The notes beneath the pieces are model-generated. The model was not told the origin of the DNA. It did not search any database and was given only the letters and a program-made list of their open reading frames with translations. From Pirellulales bacterium (GTDB lineage: Bacteria > Planctomycetota > Planctomycetia > Pirellulales > PALSA-1355): a stretch of DNA of 64,000 bases. The stretch covers positions 1,376,001-1,440,000 of the forward strand of contig CAVTBU010000005.1 in the NCBI GenBank assembly GCA_963733035.1, given 5' to 3'. The position numbers and the translations under genes were made by a program. Within the stretch, counting starts at the first letter, position 1. The number at the start of each line of letters is the position of its first letter. This document shows positions 10,021-20,108 of the stretch, in pieces.

Positions 10021-11514
10021 ATGGCGCGGCAGACCTACCTGGCGATCGACATTGGGGCATCCAGTGGCCGGCATGTGGCTGGCATGTTCGATGGCAAGCG
10101 GCTCGAATTAGCCGAGGTGTTCCGCTTTGAGAATGGCCCCGTGGCGGCCGCCGGGCATTTGTATTGGGACCTGCTGGCTCAATGGCAAAGCGTCACGCGC
10201 GGCCTCCGCGCCGCCGGTGCTGGCGACTGGGGCGAGATCGCTAGCGTTGGCGTCGACACCTGGGGCGTCGACTTCGGATTGCTCGGCCGAGGCGACGAAC
10301 TGCTCGGCAATCCGGTGGCCTACCGCGATGCCCGCACCGATGGACTGATGGAACAGGCCTTCACGGTCGTGCCGCGCGAAGAGATCTTTGCCCGCACCGG
10401 CTTGCAGTTCATGCAGTTCAATACGCTGTTTCAACTATGGGCCATGCGACGGGCAAACTCGCCGATCCTCGCCGCGGCCGAGTCGCTGCTGATGATGCCC
10501 GACCTGTTCCACTGGTTGCTCACCGGCATCAAGTCGAACGAACAAACCAACGCCACGACCACGCAGTTCTTTGATCCGCAATCGGGCGGCTGGGCCAACG
10601 AACTTTTCGCCAAGTTCGATCTGCCCACAGGTATCCTCGGTCCCTTGTCTCAGCCTGGCACGCAACTCGGCCCGCTACGCGCCTCGATTGCCGCCGAAGC
10701 CGGCCGGAACGATGTACAAGTCGTGTTGCCCGGGACGCACGACACGGCAAGCGCGGTGGCGGCGGTGCCTGCCGCCGGGCCGCCAAGTCAAAGTCCGAAT
10801 TGGTGCTACATCAGCTCCGGCACCTGGTCGTTGATGGGCGTGGAAGTGCCGCGGCCGATCGTGAGTGAGAAATGCCTGGCCCTGAACTTCACGAACGAAG
10901 GCGGCATCGGTGGCACGACGCGGCTGCTCAAGAACATCGGCGGTCTATGGCTCGTGCAGGAGTGCCGCCGAGTGTGGAATCAGTCGGGCAAAGATTTCAA
11001 TTGGGAGGATTTGACCCGGCTTGCGAAAGCAGCCCGGCCACTGGTTTCAATCATCGATCCCGATGATGCGGCATTCCTGCTGCCGACCAACATGCCCGAG
11101 GAGATCCGTAACTATTGCCGTCGCACAGGGCAGACCGTGCCCGCGGACGAGGGTGCAGTGATTCGCTGCGCGCTGGAAAGCCTGGCACTCCGTTACCGTC
11201 AGGTGCTCGGTTGGCTCGAGGAGTTGGTTGGCACGCGAATCGATACGATCCATGTCGTTGGCGGGGGCACGCGGAACCGCGAGCTTTGCCAGGCCACGGC
11301 CGACGCCTGTCAGCGCGTCGTCATCGCAGGACCGGTCGAAGCCACGGCGATCGGCAACGTCGTCGTACAGGCCATCGCTGCTGGCGAATTAGGTTCGATC
11401 GAAGATGCCCGCGCGGTCATTCGCGCCAGCTTTCCACCCGATCGCTACGAGCCCCAGGACGCGCCCGCCTGGGACGAAGCCTATGGCCGTTTTCTCAAGC
11501 TGGTGAAGAAGTGA
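10021..11514 (+). CDS. rhaB: Rhamnulokinase family (FGGY) sugar kinase
   Basis: LAIDIGASSGR, GVDTWGVDFGLL, HDTASAV, YISSGTWSLMG, NFTNEGG. Confidence 0.9.
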   Translation: MARQTYLAIDIGASSGRHVAGMFDGKRLELAEVFRFENGPVAAAGHLYWDLLAQWQSVTRGLRAAGAGDWGEIASVGVDTWGVDFGLLGRGDELLGNPVAYRDARTDGLMEQAFTVVPREEIFARTGLQFMQFNTLFQLWAMRRANSPILAAAESLLMMPDLFHWLLTGIKSNEQTNATTTQFFDPQSGGWANELFAKFDLPTGILGPLSQPGTQLGPLRASIAAEAGRNDVQVVLPGTHDTASAVAAVPAAGPPSQSPNWCYISSGTWSLMGVEVPRPIVSEKCLALNFTNEGGIGGTTRLLKNIGGLWLVQECRRVWNQSGKDFNWEDLTRLAKAARPLVSIIDPDDAAFLLPTNMPEEIRNYCRRTGQTVPADEGAVIRCALESLALRYRQVLGWLEELVGTRIDTIHVVGGGTRNRELCQATADACQRVVIAGPVEATAIGNVVVQAIAAGELGSIEDARAVIRASFPPDRYEPQDAPAWDEAYGRFLKLVKK

Positions 11515-11616
11515 TCGGAAATGCACCAGGCCAGAGATTTCGCGGCAAATGCTAGCACGGCAACTCGCCGCTGGTGGTCGATAACCTATGACGGGACCAA
11601 TTGGAGAAGCGGGATC

Positions 11617-11832
11617 ATGGGCTATCGACGAACCATTCTCTTTGCGCTCGCGACGGCGCTCGCATTCGGGCCATCCGTTGGCTGCACGATTCAGGACGTG
11701 TTTCGCACGACCCTCGGCGGCATTAATTCCGATCGCGCCGCGTTGAACAAGATCAACCCCGCGAACGACTACTCCTATCCCCAGTCCGACGAGCAGCGCA
11801 CGGTCTGGCGATTGCCCAAGTCAGACAAGTAG
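11617..11832 (+). CDS. Small putative lipoprotein
   Basis: Basic N-terminus, hydrophobic stretch, lipobox-like SVGC; GGAG upstream. Confidence 0.5.
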   Translation: MGYRRTILFALATALAFGPSVGCTIQDVFRTTLGGINSDRAALNKINPANDYSYPQSDEQRTVWRLPKSDK

Positions 11833-11857
11833 AGACGCGGCAAAGGTGCGTCAAACC

Positions 11858-14071
11858 CTATTCGAGATACAAGAACTCGTTGGCATTGAATAATGCCAGG
11901 CAGAAGTCGACCAGTGCCGCGGCCAAAAACGGATCGTCGGGCCTGGAGCCGTCGAGCGGAATTGCGAGCGAATCGCTATCGCGGCCTTCGGCCCGCAATC
12001 GCTCGGACTGCTCCGCGAGGAACCGACGGCCGGCCGCGACTTCCTCGGCGCTGGCTGCCCGATTGAACACTCGCAAGTATGCCTGCCGCATGGCCTGCGC
12101 TTCGCCGTCAGACAAATCGTCAACCTCGGCGGGCCAGACAGCCCCGGCCAGCCATCGAGCACATTCCAAACTGAACTGCGAATTGAATTGCGTTAACGAT
12201 TGGGTCGCCGTGGTCGACTCGTGCCGCACGGCGCAGCTCGCGTTCGTATCGGGTCGATCGAACACGTCGAACATCGGATACCGCAGATTACGGCGAACGA
12301 ACAAGTAGATGCTACGCCGCCGAGAATCTTCCGCATCGCCGTTGACCTGCCACTGATTCTTGAGCAGCGTGGTGGTGACTTCCGCTGGCAGTGGCGGACG
12401 AATTCCGGGTCCGCCCGTACGCGGCGACAGTTTACCGCAGGCGGCGAGCATCGCATCGCGAATGGCCTCGCCATCCAGCCGAGCGCTGGGACGATGCCAG
12501 AGCAGCTTGTTGTCCGGATCGAGCGATTGCGAGCGTTGCCAGGTCCGGCGCGCCGCCGCGATCTGTTCGTCCGACCAGGCTGCATCATACGGTACGCTCG
12601 CGAGCCGATACGCACGCGAGGTCACCATCCGCCGGTGCATCTCTTTCATGCTCCAGTCATCATCGATGAACCGCTCGGCGAGCCAATCGAGCAGCTCGGG
12701 ATGCGTCGGCACTGCACCCATCGTGCCGAAGTCGCTCGGCGTGGCCACCAGACCGCGACCGAAATGCCATTGCCAAAGCCGGTTCACCATCACGCGCGCC
12801 ACCAGGGGATTATCTGGTTGCATGAGCCACCGCGCCAGCTCACTGCGTGGCCGTTCTGGCGAAACGACAGCTGCGCCCTCGTCGCGCAGCACGCTCGGAA
12901 AGGCACACTCGACAAGGGGACCTTCGCGGCGGAAATCGCCACGCAAATACAAATGTGCTGTCCGGGCCTTGCCGGGCCGCATCACGCGTCCCGTTGGCAA
13001 TTCCGGCAGCGGCGGCGCGGTCTTGAGCAACTTGACCAGCCCGCCATAGTCCTCGCGATCATCGTCGTCGAGTTCGGCCAAGGCTTGCTGGAGCGAGGGA
13101 CGCACGTCAGGGTTCTTTTCACGAACCAGTTCCCGGCCGAGAGCCTCGAGTTCTTCGCGCCGAGCCGCGGCCAGGCGGAACTTTGAATCGCGAGCTTCCT
13201 CAGCGGCCCGTCGCGCGACCAATTCCTCGGGCATGGGAATGGCGTGATCGCGAAAGATCTCCGCCGATTCGAAAAACGCCCGCAAACGATAGAAATCCTG
13301 AATACGAATTGGATCGTACTTGTGATCGTGGCACTGGGCACAACCGAACTGCATCGCCAGAAAGACGCTTCCGACCGCCGCGGTCATTTCGTTCAGCACA
13401 ACGTGCCGCCGCTCCTCCTGCAAGTTGATGTCCGGCATATCCGGCCCGCATAGCAGAAAGCCCGTGGCAATCGCGGCATTCGGATCGTGTGGGTGAATTT
13501 CATCTCCCGCCAGTTGCAAGCGCGCGAACTCGTCGTATGGCAGATCGCGGTTCAGTGCGTCGATAACCCAGTCGCGGTACCGCCAAGCGTTCGGCCGTAG
13601 CAAATCATGTTCGAAACCGTCCGTCTCGGCGAATCGCGCCAGGTCGAGCCAGTGCTGCGCGTAGCGCTCGCCATAAGCAGGCGAGGCCAGCAACCGATCT
13701 ACGACCTTTTCGTAAGCGCCAGGTGAATCGTCCGCCAAAAACCTTGAAACTTCCTCGGGAGACGGCGGCAGTCCGACGAGATCGAAGTAGGTACGTCGTA
13801 AGAGGGTTGCCTTCCCCACCGCGGGCAGCGACTCGATCGAATTTGCATCGAGTGACGCTTTGAGAAACGCATCGATCGGATATGCATTCCAAACTTGATC
13901 GGCAACTTGCGGAACAGCACTTTTCGCTCGCGGCAAGTAGGCCCAATGATGCCGCTCGCTTTCCGTGATTGGCACCTCCTCCAACTCGTGTGCGGCGGAG
14001 GCTCGCTCGGCGGCTGCGAAGCACGCCGTGGCCGACACGAGCAGCAGGCTGACAACGCGACGGAGGTTCAT
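11858..14071 (-). CDS. DUF1549/DUF1553 planctomycete domain protein
   Basis: PIDAF, LLRRTYFDLVGLPP, YGERYAQHWLDLARFAET, CAQCHDHKYDP, VNRLWQWHFGRG, THPELLDWLA. Confidence 0.92.
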   Translation of the reverse strand: MNLRRVVSLLLVSATACFAAAERASAAHELEEVPITESERHHWAYLPRAKSAVPQVADQVWNAYPIDAFLKASLDANSIESLPAVGKATLLRRTYFDLVGLPPSPEEVSRFLADDSPGAYEKVVDRLLASPAYGERYAQHWLDLARFAETDGFEHDLLRPNAWRYRDWVIDALNRDLPYDEFARLQLAGDEIHPHDPNAAIATGFLLCGPDMPDINLQEERRHVVLNEMTAAVGSVFLAMQFGCAQCHDHKYDPIRIQDFYRLRAFFESAEIFRDHAIPMPEELVARRAAEEARDSKFRLAAARREELEALGRELVREKNPDVRPSLQQALAELDDDDREDYGGLVKLLKTAPPLPELPTGRVMRPGKARTAHLYLRGDFRREGPLVECAFPSVLRDEGAAVVSPERPRSELARWLMQPDNPLVARVMVNRLWQWHFGRGLVATPSDFGTMGAVPTHPELLDWLAERFIDDDWSMKEMHRRMVTSRAYRLASVPYDAAWSDEQIAAARRTWQRSQSLDPDNKLLWHRPSARLDGEAIRDAMLAACGKLSPRTGGPGIRPPLPAEVTTTLLKNQWQVNGDAEDSRRRSIYLFVRRNLRYPMFDVFDRPDTNASCAVRHESTTATQSLTQFNSQFSLECARWLAGAVWPAEVDDLSDGEAQAMRQAYLRVFNRAASAEEVAAGRRFLAEQSERLRAEGRDSDSLAIPLDGSRPDDPFLAAALVDFCLALFNANEFLYLE

Positions 14072-15508
14072 GCCAGAATCTCCGTCACGACATGACCGGC
14101 CACGTCCGTCAGTCGTCCGTCGCGGCCGTTGTGCAAGTAGGTCAACTGCTCGTGCTGTATGCCCAACAGGTGCAGGATCGTGGCGTGTAGGTCGTGGACA
14201 TGAACTTTGTTTTCCACTGCCCGTAGTCCGAACGGGTCGGTGGCGCCGTAGGCAAAGCCGCCGCGCACGCCGGCGCCCGCCAGGCAGACGGTGTAGCCCC
14301 AAGGATTGTGGTCGCGTCCTTTCCCTTGTTCGCTCATCGGCATGCGGCCAAACTCTCCGCCCCAGACAACCAGCGTGTCGTCAAGCAAGCCGCGCCGCCG
14401 CAAGTCTCGCAACAATCCCGCCACGGGCTTATCGGTCTTGCCGCAGTATTCCGTGTGGTTTTGTAATACGTCGTGGTGGGCATCCCAGCCGTTGGTGTCG
14501 CCGGAGTAGAGCTGCACGAATCGCACGCCTCGCTCGACAAGCCGGCGGGCTAACAAGCAGCGACGGCCGAATTCATCGGTCTGTTTCTCGCCGATTCCGT
14601 AGAGAGCGAGCGTCTCTGCCGTTTCATCACCTAGATCGACGACCGCCGGCGCCGCCGCCTGCATGCGGAACGCCAGTTCGTACGCCTCGATGCGGGCATC
14701 CAGATTCGCTGGATTATCGCGCAACAAACCGTGCCTGCGATTCAAATCCCGTAGCAGATCGATGCTGCCCTGTTGCTGGACGCTCCCGATCGACCGCTGC
14801 GGGCGCAGATCGACCACCGGCGCGGCACCGGGTCGAAACGTTGTACCCTGGAAGGTAGCGGGCAAGTATCCATTGCCCCAGGCCGCCGGACCTCCCTTGA
14901 TGCCGCCGCCAGGATCAGGCAGCACGACGAACGCTGGCAGACTATCGTTTTCGGTCCCTAACCCGTAGCTCACCCAACTCCCAAGACTGGGTCGACCCAT
15001 CAGCACACTGCCGGTGTTCATCTGATACACCGACTGCGGATGATTCACGCTGTCGCCATGACACGACCGCAGGACGCAGAGCTCGTCGGCCACTTCGGCC
15101 ATCTGCGGCAGAAAGTCGCTGATCTCGAGCCCCGACTGGCCGCGCGGACGAAACGGCTTCACCGGCGCGAGCAGCGGATTGGCCGCTACCTTCCGCCGCG
15201 TCATGACGGGCCCAACGCTCTCGGGCAATGGTTGCCCGGCATGCTTTTCGAGCTCTGGCTTCGGGTCGAATAAGTCGACATGGCTCGGTCCGCCATGCAT
15301 GAACAGATAGATGACTCGCTTGGCCCGGGGAGTAGCGTGCGAGCGGTTTCGGTGCTAACGGCCGGTTTATTGCTTCGGTTTCCGCCCGAGCGACCGACTC
15401 ACGGGCAAGCAAAGAAGCCAGGGCAATTGCTCCGAAACCTCCCCCGGCTTGCTGCAAGAATGCTCGGCGAGTGGTGGCAGTGCCGCGCGGCACATGACGA
15501 GGCAGCAT
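14068..15508 (-). CDS. DUF1501 domain protein with Tat signal (apparent frameshift near 15343)
   Basis: TRRAFLQQAGGGFG Tat-like N-terminus in one frame; AKRVIYLFMHGGPSHVDLFDPKP...GEFGRMP, GRDHNP in another frame. Confidence 0.9.
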
Positions 15509-15639
15509 CACACGCTCTCCCAGAGGGGTCAGAAATGCGGCTTTTAGCGTACCATGGCGGACTCTGCCACTCAACGAAACGGACCGTTCCGTGTGAATGC
15601 TCACCTACGACTCACAGGTTCCATCGTTCGGCCGTTGGT

Positions 15640-15945
15640 TCAGGATGAGAGCATCCGTTGTAAAAACATCCCCAGGCTTTCGACATAGTCTTTGGCCTCT
15701 TTCAAACCCACCCCGGTTTGCGATCGGTAGAGCTTGATGGCTTCGATCTTCTGGCCGCCACGAACCAATTCGACGATCCGGGTATCAAGTCCCTCGTGCG
15801 GATCAATGCCCAGATTCTTGAGAATCAGATCGAGCTTGTGATCGAGTGCCGCCAGCCGGCCGGACGAATCTCCGCCACCTCGAACGAACAGTGAAATGAT
15901 CGCCAGAACGAGGATCGCGATCAGCAACCACGTGTCGGTCGACAT
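15640..15945 (-). CDS. Small membrane-anchored protein with ribosomal L7/L12 C-terminal-like domain
   Basis: N-terminal TM helix; KIEAIKLYRSQTGVGLKEAKDYVE. Confidence 0.75.
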   Translation of the reverse strand: MSTDTWLLIAILVLAIISLFVRGGGDSSGRLAALDHKLDLILKNLGIDPHEGLDTRIVELVRGGQKIEAIKLYRSQTGVGLKEAKDYVESLGMFLQRMLSS

Positions 15946-16099
15946 GCCTATTGCTCCTGAAGGTTTTGCGAACAGACCTAACCGGACCCGTCCCTTGCCA
16001 GCTGGTGACGGCAGTAGTATATCGAACCTTTCGGTTCCAACTACACGTCGCTGGCCGAACACCGCCTGAGCGGCTGTTCCAGGCACAGAAAGGTCAATC

Positions 16100-16648
16100 A
16101 TGGAAGCGCTCGACGTCATCCGCCGCCTGCACCAACACCGAATGTGGGTGAACGCACAGTTGCTGTCTGCGGCGGAAACACTTTCGAACGACGATTTGCA
16201 AAGAACCTTCGCCATCGGCCAAGGAACGCTCTGGCGGTCGCTCGTGCACATGTACGCGGCCGAATGGGTGTGGCTGGCGACACTCGGCGGCGACGAAGCT
16301 CCCGTACTCCCCGGCGACCGCGCTGACGACCTACCAGGTAACCAGCAGGGTGAAGGAGGGTTGAAGTCGCTGGCCGAACTTCGCTCGTCATGGGAGCAAC
16401 TCGACGACCGCTGGCGGGCCTATCTGGCGCAACTGGCCGAGAGCGAACTCAACGAGTCGGTCTTCAAGGTCAGTAGCCTCCAGCGTGCGCGATTTTCCAC
16501 GAAGCGACTCGACATTCTGCTGCACGTTTGCACGCATGCCCACTATACGGCGGCCCAGGTGATGAATATGCTGCGGCAAGTCGGCGCGGCGTCGCTTCCC
16601 GACCCCATGCTGATTACCATGGCACGACAAGAAGCGGCCGCACGTTAG
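16100..16648 (+). CDS. DinB family protein
   Basis: LVHMYAAEWVW and HVCTHAHYTAAQV His motifs. Confidence 0.85.
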   Translation: MEALDVIRRLHQHRMWVNAQLLSAAETLSNDDLQRTFAIGQGTLWRSLVHMYAAEWVWLATLGGDEAPVLPGDRADDLPGNQQGEGGLKSLAELRSSWEQLDDRWRAYLAQLAESELNESVFKVSSLQRARFSTKRLDILLHVCTHAHYTAAQVMNMLRQVGAASLPDPMLITMARQEAAAR

Positions 16649-16700
16649 ACTACGTCGGGCGGACCTCAAGCAGCTTCGGCACCAGGGAGTACATGAGCAA

Positions 16701-17744
16701 ATGATTCGCGTGGGCATCGCTGGCATCGGCTTCATGGGCATGATTCACTACCTGGCCTACCAAAAGGTTCGCGGCGCGAAAGTCGTCGCGTTGTGCGAAA
16801 CGCAGCGCGAGCGACTCGCCGGCGACTGGCGGGCGATCAAAGGCAACTTTGGTCCGGCCGGCAAAAAGATGGATCTGAGGGGCATCGCCAAGTACGAGCA
16901 GCTCGACGCGATGCTGGCTGATCCAAACGTTGACGTCGTCGACATCTGCTTGCCGCCGGCGGCACACGCTCCGGTTGCCATTGCAGCGCTCAAGGCCGGG
17001 AAGCACGTCTTTTCTGAAAAGCCAATCGCACTGACCGCCGCCGATGCCACGAAAATGGTCAAAGCCGCCCAGGCCGCTGGCAAACAGCTGATGATCGGCC
17101 AGGTGCTGCCATTCTTCCCGGAATTCGCCTTCGCGTACAAGGCGGCGACCAGCGGCAAGTACGGCCGGCTGCTGGGGGGGCATTTCAAGCGAGTGATCTC
17201 CGACCCACAGTGGCTCAAGGATTTCTACGATCCGCAGAAGGTCGGCGGACCGATGCTCGACCTGCATGTCCACGATGCACACTACATCCGCTTGCTGTGC
17301 GGCATGCCAACGTCGGTCATGACGAGCGGCCGCATGCGGGGTGACGTGGCCGAGTACTTCGTTTCTCAGTTCCTGTTCGATGATCCCGCGCTCGTTGTCA
17401 GTGCCCTGAGCGGCGTGATCCATCAGCAGGGGCGAGGCTTCTCGGTCGGCTTCGAAATCCACCTGGAAAAAGCCACCCTGCTTTACGACTTTTCTGTGAT
17501 CGACGACAAGCCGGAGGTCAGCATGCCGCTGACCGTGTTGCGAGCCAACGGCAAGGTCGAGCGCCCCACGATGAAGAGCGCCGACCCCGTGGACGCCTTC
17601 GTCGATGAGTTGACTGAAGCGGCAAAGACCGTCAAGAGCGGCCGCCCCTCGGCGCTGCTCGATGGGCAATTGGCACGCGACGCCGTGTTGCTTTGCCAGA
17701 AGCAAACTGAGTCGATTCGCCGGCGGCGGCCCGTCAGCATCTAG
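16701..17744 (+). CDS. Gfo/Idh/MocA family oxidoreductase
   Basis: GIAGIGFMG, GKHVFSEKP, GGPMLDLHVHD. Confidence 0.9.
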   Translation: MIRVGIAGIGFMGMIHYLAYQKVRGAKVVALCETQRERLAGDWRAIKGNFGPAGKKMDLRGIAKYEQLDAMLADPNVDVVDICLPPAAHAPVAIAALKAGKHVFSEKPIALTAADATKMVKAAQAAGKQLMIGQVLPFFPEFAFAYKAATSGKYGRLLGGHFKRVISDPQWLKDFYDPQKVGGPMLDLHVHDAHYIRLLCGMPTSVMTSGRMRGDVAEYFVSQFLFDDPALVVSALSGVIHQQGRGFSVGFEIHLEKATLLYDFSVIDDKPEVSMPLTVLRANGKVERPTMKSADPVDAFVDELTEAAKTVKSGRPSALLDGQLARDAVLLCQKQTESIRRRRPVSI

Positions 17745-18211
17745 CCACCAACGATTTGACATCACCGGACACCTGAGTCCAGCGGGAATGGCTTCGCAGG
17801 TCAGTTTGACGCCGGTTCCGCCGGTGTCGATCGCGCCGGTTCTCACAGCTCGCCGAGCGGCTGTCCAGTGCGCGCAGCGGGCAAAACCGTTGCCGGCTGT
17901 CTCTCCCGCGAAAGCGATTTTCTGGCCGTAACCGCAAGAGCCATCGCGTCGTACACCCCTTGGTGACGATTGTGCGGAGGATCCGGCGAGACCGTGGGAA
18001 AAATCTTTTGCCCCGTTTTTTGACCACTGCCATTTCGTGGCCTATAGTGTTTTTGGCCGGCGTTCTCGACCCACCTACCGGCCGCGCGTTGGTTCGACAA
18101 CACGAGCGACAGCGAGCTGTCACGCGGCCGGGCCTTTCGAGTAAGGAACCGGCTCTTTTCGCCGGCGGACAGCGGCGCGCACTCGCGAGACGCATCACAA
18201 CGGAAGGCCCC

Positions 18212-19849
18212 ATGCAAAAGCTCACCCAGCGGTGGTTTCTTCTTGCGCTCCTGCTCTCCTGGCTGGCGGTACCCGCGTTTGCCCAGACGCAGATTCGGAT
18301 CGTTCAGCCCGAGCAAACAAACGTCGCCGAGCTAGACGGCGTGCTTCAGCGTGCCCAGCAGGCGGAAATTGAGCAGCGGTGGGGCGAAGCGCTGGCGATT
18401 TACGAAGAGGCGCTGCGTGAATACCCGGGCCACGCCACGCTGGGCAACCGCCACAACCTGGCGAAGATTCATTACGACCTTGGACGGCGCTACAACGATA
18501 CCAGCTTTTTGCGCGCCCTCACCGGGGTCGATGAGCGGCAGGCGTTGGCCCTCTATTCCGAGGTCTTGGTAAAGGTAGAAACGCACTACGTGGCCGCACC
18601 TGACTGGGCAGCCCTCGTGGCCCGCGGCACGCAGGACTTGCAAGTAGCCTTACACCAGAAGAACTTTCGAACACGACACCTGACCGGCCGCTCGCAGGCC
18701 GAGCTCGAAGCGTTTTCCGATAGCATCGGCCGGTTTACCGCCGGCCGCCGCATTCAGACTCGGCAACAGGCGATCGACACGGTTTCGGCCACCGCCCGCT
18801 ATGCTCAAGAACGGTTGGGAATGTCGCCCACGGCGATCACGCTTGAATACACATGTGCCGCCATCGGCGCGCTCGACTCCTACTCGGCATACCTGACCAG
18901 CGACCAACTGACCGACGTCTACTCGCAGATCGAAGGCAATTTTGTCGGCCTGGGCATCGAGTTGAAGGCCGACGACGGCGCGCTTTTGATCGTGAAGGTC
19001 ATCCCACGCAGTCCGGCCGAACGGGCAGGAATTCGTGCCGGCGACCGCATTACCGAAGTGGACGGCAAAGCTACGGCTGACTTCTCAACCGACCAGGCCG
19101 CCGACCTGCTGCAGGGACCGGAAGGCAGCATCGCGCAGGTCGTGGTGCTCAACGAAGCCGATCAAGCCCGCCGGTTGGCCGTTCGCCGCGAGCACGTCGA
19201 AGTGCCCAGCATCGACGATGTCAAAATCATCGATCGCGAAGCGGGCGTTGGCTATCTAAAGTTGACATGCTTTCAGAAGACGACCAGCCGCGACTTGGAT
19301 GCCGCCATGTGGAAGCTGCATCGCGAGGGAATGAAGAGCCTGATCATGGATCTGCGCGGCAACCCTGGCGGTCTGCTGACCGCGAGCGTCGAGGTGGCCG
19401 ATAAATTCGTGGACGAGGGCGTGATCGTCTCCACCCGCGGACGCAGCCCGCTGGAAGACTACAACTACACGGCACACAAGGCGGGAACTTGGCGAGTTCC
19501 GTTGGTGGTGCTCATCGACGGCGACAGTGCCAGCGCCAGCGAGATTTTCGCCGGTGCCATTCGCGACCACCGCCGCGGCAACATCGTCGGCCAGCGAAGC
19601 TACGGCAAGGGCTCGGTCCAGGGGATCTTCCCGCTCTCGATCGCCGGCTCGGGCGTGCGGCTGACCACGGCCAAGTTCTTTTCGCCGCAGGGACATCCGA
19701 TCAACATGGTCGGCGTACAGCCCGACATCATCGTGCAGCGGACGGCCAAAGTTTCCCAGGCCGATGCCGCCGAAGTGAATGAGCGACTCGGCGACACCGT
19801 GCTAAATTCCGGGCTGCAAGCGGCCCGGCGCCAGACGGCCCAACGCTGA
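18212..19849 (+). CDS. S41 family C-terminal processing peptidase with PDZ domain
   Basis: Signal peptide, FVGLGIEL PDZ, DLRGNPGG, SASASEIFAG, YGKGSVQ. Confidence 0.92.
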   Translation: MQKLTQRWFLLALLLSWLAVPAFAQTQIRIVQPEQTNVAELDGVLQRAQQAEIEQRWGEALAIYEEALREYPGHATLGNRHNLAKIHYDLGRRYNDTSFLRALTGVDERQALALYSEVLVKVETHYVAAPDWAALVARGTQDLQVALHQKNFRTRHLTGRSQAELEAFSDSIGRFTAGRRIQTRQQAIDTVSATARYAQERLGMSPTAITLEYTCAAIGALDSYSAYLTSDQLTDVYSQIEGNFVGLGIELKADDGALLIVKVIPRSPAERAGIRAGDRITEVDGKATADFSTDQAADLLQGPEGSIAQVVVLNEADQARRLAVRREHVEVPSIDDVKIIDREAGVGYLKLTCFQKTTSRDLDAAMWKLHREGMKSLIMDLRGNPGGLLTASVEVADKFVDEGVIVSTRGRSPLEDYNYTAHKAGTWRVPLVVLIDGDSASASEIFAGAIRDHRRGNIVGQRSYGKGSVQGIFPLSIAGSGVRLTTAKFFSPQGHPINMVGVQPDIIVQRTAKVSQADAAEVNERLGDTVLNSGLQAARRQTAQR

Positions 19850-20108
19850 GGCTGGTCTCGATCCTGGCGGTGCCAGCAGGCCACCATGTAACGCCACTGG
19901 GAGCCTGGCGCCCGATGCAAGCGGCCACACCTCCCGCCCGATCGCGCTAACCATCGAACGCCATTGCCAGGTCTCGGCGATACAACCTGTCAAACCAGCA
20001 GTTTGCACCGGCCGGCTCCCGCGTTAGGATGGGGAGCCGGAGAAGGGGGCAGCGTCTTCTCCAGGCGTTGATGGGTCGACTCGATTGGACCGCGGAGTTC
20101 GGGAGACG

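Noticed and set aside
16693..16704. ATGAGCAAATGA mini-ORF overlapping the oxidoreductase start
   Set aside because: Could be a missing A in a homopolymer or chance; nothing supports a leader peptide
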